A stretch of 64,000 nt of DNA from positions 28,938 to 92,937 of the forward strand of contig JBGVRX010000017.1 in NCBI GenBank assembly GCA_045128835.1. The letters run 5' to 3'. The notes under the pieces are model-generated. The model was not told the origin of the DNA, searched no databases, and was given only the letters and a program-made list of their open reading frames with translations. The position numbers and the translations under genes are program-made. Below are positions 62,101-64,000 of this stretch, piece by piece. The number at the start of each line of letters is the position of its first letter. Position 1 is the stretch's first letter. The DNA comes from Bacilli bacterium. Its GTDB lineage: Bacteria > Bacillota_I > Bacilli_A > RFN20 > DUOF01.

Positions 62101-63442
62101 TTAAAGCAACTGCATTTGTATAATCCACAATTATATTAGTTTTAGAAACGTCTTCAACGTCAATAACTTCTGTATTGTAATAAGAGTTGCCAAACACATC
62201 AGTAATATAGAAAACATAGTTTCCTGAAGCATCAACCATTAATGCAATTAGATAATTCTTTGTTGGGTCCATTCCAACGTTAGCTCCAGTTGTATCATAT
62301 GTTCCAGCAGTCGCATCAACAGACCCGACTAAATGGAAGTCATAATAATAATAAACAACTTTATTAGAATTTTCTGTACCGAAGTTTATAAATGTATTTG
62401 TTCCGTAAATTGTATTGTCTTTAATACTGCTTATAACAATATCCGTTCCTGAAGTTTCATAAGCAACATCATGAATATATGCACTCTCTTTAGGAAGAGT
62501 AATTGACAATAATTTTTGTTCTGTTGTTTTAGCACCATTCTCGTAGTACACACAAATATTTTCAGTTACAGGTCTTCCTGCTGCGCTATCACTAGAATTG
62601 GTTTCACAAGCATCTTTCACAACATTTCCACTCGCATCAGTTTTGCCAACCCATGTGAATTGGTTTTCATCTAATGGTTTTGAAGAAATGAATGTAACAG
62701 AAAATCTATCTGCATACATTGGGTCAGCCCACACTTCACCGCCAGGAGTATATTCATAACCGCTGTCGTTATACAAAGCAAAGATAATTTCTTTTTGACC
62801 GTATCCCGCATTTCTAATTGTATATGCATATTGAATTGTTATAGTTCCTGGATCAGTAGCCATTGTCGCAGGGTCTGTATTCTTTTCTTCTTTTATACAC
62901 ATTAAAGAATAGTAAGAACCGCCATTAGCTTTCAATTGAGTAGATACTGATGCAGCTGACGCAAATGTTGATACACATAGTTCACTACTAGCATCTAACA
63001 CAACACCAGGAGCTAATCCTCCAAGAGTTGCATAATCAGCATCACTCAAAGAACTCCAAACACCCTCAACACTCTTTTTATATGAATCATAGTTTTTATT
63101 ACCTGAACCAGTATAACCTGTTTCGAACGCAACAATACCATTGATTTCATGATATGGGATTTTCAAAGTAACTGTTACAACATCTTTCATGCTGACACCT
63201 GTACCTTGAATATACCACGCATCATAATAAGACGAAGAACTCACTTCAACAGAATTATAAGAGTTTCCGTTTCCTTTATGATTAGATTGGTGAACGTCAT
63301 AGCTAGATATTTCAACAGCACCAACTTTCTCGCCACCAGCAAATTGGAATGCAAAAAGCACACCAAAAAACATTAGATTAAATATAAAATATTTAACCCA
63401 ATTTACGCTTGTCTTTTTTGTTTTAACATTTTTGGAACACAT
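47183..63442 (-). CDS. Giant surface protein 3 (about 5419 aa): collinear paralog of protein 2 plus extra interspersed 'RY…G-Y-(V/L)' modules, one BNR/Asp-box, C-terminal TM anchor plus KRRQKQR
   Basis: 16.3-kb ORF. Start most likely ATG at 63440–63442 (MCSKNVKTKK… signal peptide, AGAAAGGA 12 nt upstream). ATG at 63454 sits directly on the RBS. The track's 63490 start has no RBS. Anchor motifs shared with protein 2 in the same order along the full length (detailed in the findings). Confidence 0.85.
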   Translation of the reverse strand: MCSKNVKTKKTSVNWVKYFIFNLMFFGVLFAFQFAGGEKVGAVEISSYDVHQSNHKGNGNSYNSVEVSSSSYYDAWYIQGTGVSMKDVVTVTLKIPYHEINGIVAFETGYTGSGNKNYDSYKKSVEGVWSSLSDADYATLGGLAPGVVLDASSELCVSTFASAASVSTQLKANGGSYYSLMCIKEEKNTDPATMATDPGTITIQYAYTIRNAGYGQKEIIFALYNDSGYEYTPGGEVWADPMYADRFSVTFISSKPLDENQFTWVGKTDASGNVVKDACETNSSDSAAGRPVTENICVYYENGAKTTEQKLLSITLPKESAYIHDVAYETSGTDIVISSIKDNTIYGTNTFINFGTENSNKVVYYYYDFHLVGSVDATAGTYDTTGANVGMDPTKNYLIALMVDASGNYVFYITDVFGNSYYNTEVIDVEDVSKTNIIVDYTNAVALNIMTSTGAYDGGSWKQGWLFSITSPFEIDFTKMVNDQIVVEVYVFQKIVITNGVFGNNGTDGSDTTNIEDIAKQPLGYQDGDTNVPNEFDGDGVVIWRVKDISTDDAAGSLALTTNSVSCGTDLDKLCSASNIDYGSGDYSGGATIGYRNNKITFTIKSNGRYRIKITDNFGNTTDSLEGSAKNPKVEVSVIDRTAPVISSDLGVDTGKTNESSTSINTYPYVIGGGEVNPVNPDVNSLLSDADTSNDEYWKNTANYTTIYYNSKGQKIFNYQDALEIAQIKVVDSIEYYSGSSVQNIYPRYEVNFGYSTNQCFDVTTGSENKSSTAAGSYCDPTYNSKSNRNSSGTSYNLHNYIINNNFTSFSGGLVKQVGYTNYDGGTTEPYTQIDTAYIANAGVEFVNQKDATTFLGYLKIQFKTAGGAAEICTVTIDANDASGASNDANQACFELINKYIDDVENFQMVFSTRDYNSVEGHLSNLYAVNVTILDTTSPGIDMTGENADNSLNYSNEPTECRLEIDNLIQVKERILKCYKLKVGEVYKIKDNNLNHITSELILQGNAIKTDDGKQYYLGSGSDSYHEKIVMQVLERGTWMTIGDNDAATGFPHLYKSGYHQLKIEISDHWEDKSGITGTADNVLTIYVTYYVNPRTLLIEPLAGEKMYGEEEPLFDYCVYVNKANDTFNLEDHFFEKEFINEYFTSIYCSRDVYEKINDTTDVNIYTRTAGTVELGYAYHTYTAISSGAAWDSTSGNYFIKINNTYVKLESAKRYNMEYVQNNSGEYLLNDGTYHEIKSGYVYSDAACLYAAMGTETGTVYLRAGMRCLAIEESNRYTEKYTQNNSGSYVKYNLNVVSSAGFDNISDFNDVFDAADPITNANAALVNRNVFDGQLARVESRCYNSYAPNYYSNTEVSDFATLLNCNENSTDVDRGVRNDNVGQYHIVLGTLSIKEDGTSNYNEDYVIKINTNYIASNFSVGGATQTITNSVDNVLVDDGLYTESAVNYTIRQAVLTIRANGSTKAFGEQDPYSNNWNDTTTPTNIVTTGYLGGYTVSGWRYNGNYEDSTLVDNASNYIIEGTLRREIGEEVGIYDICNISGNPSDTTKLTVALCRDADVVTPSAYDTTHPYYFYAFDHYATDGSSSVAALTIRTNGNIYLTNASGEDSVKYAGRTLNRDTRNYAISFIKADFKIEATDLIVQPGINQGKEYAGSPYNDPLWQLVVYGETITYDTDAWVSNIEIDESSFSGYTANISVENNRREQVLGQDPYTYIYDTNLVAESEVYYSRRKVSPAESTYQYVDYINLTGRTTYAKSGEIYYESSTGSYIYAFGRYYEIKNSDRYNSSRTQTNDGTYLKVVVEGRLVNQTYSLFDENFTVTRSLGENVAWYSYDEIKNFKVVASPDVKVYTIRKVNNDNKECVIGENSVATSGGATNVDCRNYNVVYRDNAPTYDDALDIYETVEGDDDNIYAPNGINLCNSGFYSMTCGNSDNTTIKFEIFKREIILEFIDENYTFIYGERYEYYDGGNYSSNVYQYNGNSNGIFYINNTTSEGNIFLCYSDLGDYLVDCTSNADYGITSGDTWQSIGLKFYLHSVVSSEGSGYYYDASDKALPAGTYYVYADIAQLTGTDATTNNSRIKQNYKFTYRGGTLTIKPKVTNIQLTGYTMEYGESTYSSYGLGSDYSAYTSYKLAQCMNDVSYLVDDAGNVKTGLITDCTSMTDNVVGNKYGFVIEGLDSKDTIAENFNGRPVRASKNAANVGVFDDVGYYKITTGNIATKQNTNALFTQCITNLDAHGVLDTDKTNCVFVEDGTTGTGTFANARNYDITYSINNNEGAYLFILPADVEITVYENQVKMYGCAYSIFKTEAGEYYTYDYDTGYANCDASDNRNADFAYKYTVSGDKDTAKSYASVGSTYDVTTTQSGGRVFLTGGTQFTNNFPILTDDRLYRVTYSSANSYDYDYIKDNYAKYQGQKVGVYTISLGKLNIVNNSNSAMCDAYNNPALNGGSPCRNYNINYYGNSPTIDIDTHSYTDKTDVALGDLTLYTLNYQESSTGDYVLIDGKFVNLMDLDRYDSDLTTSNPSGAYALISKYVSVDSLTKYKKLTQYERTNVCSSDCYIYLKDSSVVDGTGAVIGNGYVLLSALGSYRYTDATGATQNETGDYLKVTGASGDSKYIALSTILKFKLNSSSYVADTNGAYVLINDEYVQLTSLQRYSEASGLYTKDATGTYVQIYEFAEIASLSRYKLDATGHAMYTETASTDRNKNLYVFVNGSYIPYNSLITSASQTVDSEIELNSANVSGSGVTRGEETDKVKFTIVSRIVYVHPEYNVKPYGENDPLEYMTCQEILEANGLTDFTGRSGNYCENAATDQVDLGVSMYYAVANSLAKAPWTAWTDFEDTGVQTRTTFNDIQFDVVTGKVSRKFDPTSVDPTDTNRKSDKAGKYTYDFGDVKTNDALSGNNYMIKYVTNYDLDATYVKEDGGSYVKLSEILFTTCYYGDAHCISTGGADAIDSNGNRTGKMLINNTYKIKATDGNYNTAGSSTSVSLVKKYSSASDSNPINYWYLGFYLNDDAPGRENELAKWWTSRTVFEEPYDELKLDNDANKNSSGTEVGFFTEAAKEVYFEIIKRTIYLYAVDVEKTYGEADKYSDFLVAICPNGLGYTQDGTNIKCASNTAESDAHGLSTVDASKFVNADGTMKQWQIKNNGVSTNSDYIFQGATDLQNSFGIYFRRTHGENAGSYTVTACAAQTGVTDCTHELVEVSPNYSINVLGDNYEIVEVSGTMTIKTREVSITPDSEQGFIYGNYTENGSMPNITFTEVRDGTGENGLVYGSGVYLFDGTTQKAKIERVQNTSDKYTSLYEFELDSVTYVIDGRKVLNKSSNVVVATIAVETTSGQNAKTVTIDGTTYSIIQKASCLINISGIYTTCISDAQNEALQNSLGENYYEYYTISGSTSVYTSAVLSSKVYDGARGNTDALREVTVSSNTVEYYSYNVYADSYSNPANEHTRKETNTVSNTLTENARNALNLKCGNTAGLRYSRDVCDYSIVSGELVAGTVLIEKETTFYIYVTNSKRYSYDAGSGEYSQSDAGTYVKYGNNLYAQIIESNMVSYVCESDGTKLVCQYKKDETAGATNNYLKVVKTSNNYRIKSVDETVVFSISAADITVTPIEKQYKIYGEADIEIKFDVETTYVVARTQYQNFANSNIVKICNGGTCYEGTALNAYRYGAIGATTANASGDYILLTKGWTVVLDSYAYDEENQANKSADLDYGVNRTKYKHEMTKDADDNDVIAEEALTHATTGLKHYDKYTTYNSTITTSRILIGNLYVENYDQTVGEKNIVNGLTVGLNKLAGDGNVGAKNYNLTFFTKWFVIVPRPVNVEIENITKIYGQATDADSFDNKYATEKIVGDGILIKDTGADDVLDPNEDVNNSLLINNFNVIDKGLADAIANATVSSGVLKAIVETAHYNDDAGTGGIEVVYMSATDDYSKMNMPTARSIALGSGTTYYNYVTVDVGHYYTATLDASTSKGLIERKNDTLNIKVQRGEYNIARNTSTCLADDSMLCEDVGEYYLSFTTRNAAQTKESTVENAYNNKYWGYNKNYYVIIYNNFEDSNWSSDEINNQSYQSISANTNIYYSSIIDEEGTRTYGSVAYTDDANPKASATLKIRKRAIEIVVETISEYQYEQNNNGTHLRVGTNVDDYKYYLITDTNRYIKNASGKYVQKSDGTYLCSYATANTDSNCYEIVSANRFDAYAKAVGEKYAIEENTDVPALVTVTNSKDVHHTTYDDVNYESITWYHHPLQVRTADQLTGTVAYCQETLTLGNGIGALNTLRALQTCGDSLHYYDANINDESKSNFFDTSEAGYYIITREKQKLYITNEDLTIATEADKWQYEYNNYTTTFVNGILQIDIDETPPVINIETDFIIKETNSGYMSKDAIPAADDVLGFLDALRTNGCASLISTRTEDGSTNVASTCDSGVIFTYEDSTNQPGGETPSVQYNSMKTILQWFGLSSFDPGIMRAGNPSGKRYHPRWYMAIQGDFNQKKVGDYSIFIYVQDDSGNISLASMVTLRLVDETAPTVGTLNLYNAKVSCISATNCGVEDNWVVAEDVYLPINTLTKENLDNMKAADKANKYSFSGKTLVGGVYVSTYTPNQYFGTYYKITAGTSAKAVKHTGWSNTSAGIYMTITGGDDNSLAYLDTSGYTKYNVAGTTITTSASGTHLLLGSFVNVANLTKYRAVGLDVNGDEVDDIDDAESIVYLPDKTGTIIRYKGYYFDLRSGSYIDGTPSAEHAVKLYSHTGTTYTEASSMPETIPEGTTYYLRDGDMYEIPSEKYNASGQHDSTGTYVNFQQWNHYYSRDGGNSWIKYDRDTTSGYLALGQDGQRLIMIKAIDNGYTFAEAEVDKDHVIDAYCKTVGNMTCQIWNNIAVGGVTIKDDSGTAISYKEYAGSKVWKYNISAWEDYSDDGNRDRKYAYLDTIIPNTTLSDQFIEVFEYGCADISKCSVNHVEMFGTAIDGYLFKLDKLIKYNNAGQVTDGGDYVRVGNELILVESLRRFNIDPTTKVITQSNSGAYIYLGKTDSVTAIDTLISEKVADRIAGDINVYNQYTKAQATFTVATSVTGSEEVAEKLQNNTNKLQSGVGLGDILYDASSNPIGADLFSGVGNEERTFGVTIDGATVSDAQIADKYTNIFVYADIRGGTGAVEGNPYYSQQGYYKFVISYSDSDSGYKVYGCYLSSTVPTEFTWCSEGSSNYSVSTLTFTNTREAMNSLLSVYAETSAGNPENRYNFKGNELTFTLDYRVYDIAGNVSVYERKGILFSGFTRTIGVANPTGVALMSYAIDVGQNTNVASALSDFEITTTTGKSLRNNERILQTVYYNGILVSSRKAYDLSMFEDLDTTVPGVYRIVYSIERKDGMAYVVGNSVELTVTVKPDVAIVSTNNINYINIILVSGSVITVGLAMLFVELKRRQKQR
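49013..49036 (-). other. BNR/Asp-box motif (S-R-D-G-G-N-S-W) inside giant protein 3
   Basis: Codons tca aga gat ggt gga … read directly from the sequence. The frame was checked against the ORF. It occurs in the conserved context QQWNHYYSRDGGNSWIKYDR, shared with protein 2. Confidence 0.6.
55301..55993 (-). repeat. Densest cluster of the protein-3-specific short module (…L-x-x-L-x-R-Y-x-x-x-x-x-G-x-Y-(V/L)-(K/Q)-(V/I)…), approx. aa 2500–2730
   Basis: FVNLMDLDRYDSDLTTSNPSGAYALI; YVLLSALGSYRYTDATGATQNETGDYLKV; YVQLTSLQRYSEASGLYTKDATGTYVQI; EIASLSRYKLDATGHAMY. The coordinate mapping was checked against the DNA at several points. Confidence 0.45.
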
Positions 63443-63469
63443 AAATACATACATCCTTTCTAATTTAAG

Positions 63470-63500
63470 TAAAATTACATAAATCGACATTATAATTTTA
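63470..63500 (-). promoter_or_regulatory. Putative promoter of giant gene 3 (palindromic ATTATAAT −10-like element at about 63489–63496)
   Basis: A TATAAT-containing element lies about 45 nt upstream of the preferred start and right after the upstream terminator. No clean −35 was found. Confidence 0.3.
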
Positions 63501-63504
63501 CAAC

Positions 63505-63594
63505 AAAAAACGAACCCAGGGGAGCATTTAGAGGCTTTTTTTTACAATATTGGTGATAAATTTTTGTAAGCCTCTAAAATAGGGTTCGTTTTTT
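63505..63594 (-). terminator. Long nested-stem terminator (AACGAACCC…TAGAGGCTT / AAGCCTCTA…GGGTTCGTT) followed by U6, after the upstream partial gene
   Basis: Two nested 9-bp inverted repeats span about 63508–63590. The transcript ends …GGGUUCGUUUUUUGUUG. Confidence 0.55.
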
Positions 63595-63649
63595 ATATTT
63601 TTTCTAACTTTATTATATATATAATATATAATACTTTCCAATTATCTAT

Positions 63650-64000
63650 TTATATTTCTTTTTTCATTGATACAAATGCTAAACCTAACATTGCCACAAT
63701 TCCAGTCATTACAGCAGCGATAACCGCATACTTAACAGCATTAGAATTATTATTTACTATTGGATTAGTAAATTCACTTTGTATAAATAGATTCATTACC
63801 TTTTGAACAGATACTCTTCCTGATTGGTCAACAACCCTTACGTATATATCGTAATTACCAGCAATATTAGAATCAACCTTATCAACTAATCTACCTTCAT
63901 ACTCAACAATATATTCGTATGTATCAATCTCTTCAACAACGCCTATAAAGTATTTGTCTAAAGAGTAAGCTGTAATTTCAGGATATGTAAATGTTTCTCC
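63650..64000 (-). CDS. 3' end of a fourth surface-protein gene (partial; continues beyond the window): DUF5011-like Ig domain plus C-terminal TM anchor
   Basis: Manual translation of the minus strand gives …GETFTYPEITAYSLDKYFIGVVEEIDTYEYIVEYEGRLVDKVDSNIAGNYDIYVRVVDQSGRVSVQKV…AVKYAVIAAVMTGIVAMLGLAFVSMKKEI*. This is the same Ig-domain-plus-TM-plus-basic-tail ending as genes 1–3. The stop is at about 63650–63652. Confidence 0.6.
   Translation of the reverse strand, partial: GETFTYPEITAYSLDKYFIGVVEEIDTYEYIVEYEGRLVDKVDSNIAGNYDIYVRVVDQSGRVSVQKVMNLFIQSEFTNPIVNNNSNAVKYAVIAAVMTGIVAMLGLAFVSMKKEI

Noticed and set aside
1-64000. Searched intergenic regions for tRNA/rRNA genes, IS elements, integrases and phage genes that might explain the giant-gene array as a mobile island
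   Set aside because: Intergenic gaps are under 310 bp and AT-rich with no cloverleaf-compatible GC content. No transposase, recombinase or phage structural genes were seen. The array is flanked by core genes (typA on one side), so it appears chromosomal rather than mobile, although a whole-genome GC or codon comparison is still needed.

Overview
This is a very AT-rich (about 30% GC) window from a Bacillota-type chromosome, and almost every gene is on the minus strand. Rubrerythrin, cotJ genes, comFA/comFC and a SecA without the C-terminal Zn tail point to an anaerobic, Erysipelotrichia/Mollicutes-like or clostridial lineage, but that is inference.

Positions 1–25.3 kb are a compact core region. 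It carries rubrerythrin, an SPFH protein, a cotJ(A)B–cotJC spore-coat pair, an RluA-family pseudouridine synthase and a DUF362/4Fe-4S protein. These are followed by secG, an operon of three tandem lipoproteins (one rhodanese-like, one thioredoxin-like CxxC) and two overlapping YcxB-like membrane proteins. Next come uvrB, an S41 C-terminal processing peptidase, yitT, prfB without a programmed frameshift, secA, cspA, comFC, comFA and a GNAT-like protein. The remaining core genes are yigZ (the only plus-strand gene), two paralogous secreted proteins that share a unique C-terminal two-TM module, a degenerate LytM/M23 membrane protein, rpiB and typA.

Positions 25.4–64 kb (about 60% of the window) hold a head-to-tail array of three complete giant genes (8.5, 12.9 and 16.3 kb; 2837, 4302 and about 5419 aa) and the 3' end of a fourth. 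Each encodes an N-terminal signal peptide, long runs of MBG(YGX)-like and Ig-like (DUF5011-type) modules, and a C-terminal TM anchor with a basic stop-transfer tail and no LPXTG motif. Genes 2 and 3 are collinear diverged paralogs. Gene 3 also carries an interspersed short 'RY…G-Y-hydrophobic' module that gene 2 lacks. Gene 1 has a different architecture and ends in a cytoplasmic poly-Glu tail.

The intergenic regions contain many clean rho-independent terminator hairpins. I found no tRNA, rRNA or CRISPR, and no transposase or integrase. Hairpin coordinates are read by eye and may be off by ±2 nt. CDS coordinates follow the ORF track, with alternative starts chosen from RBS context.
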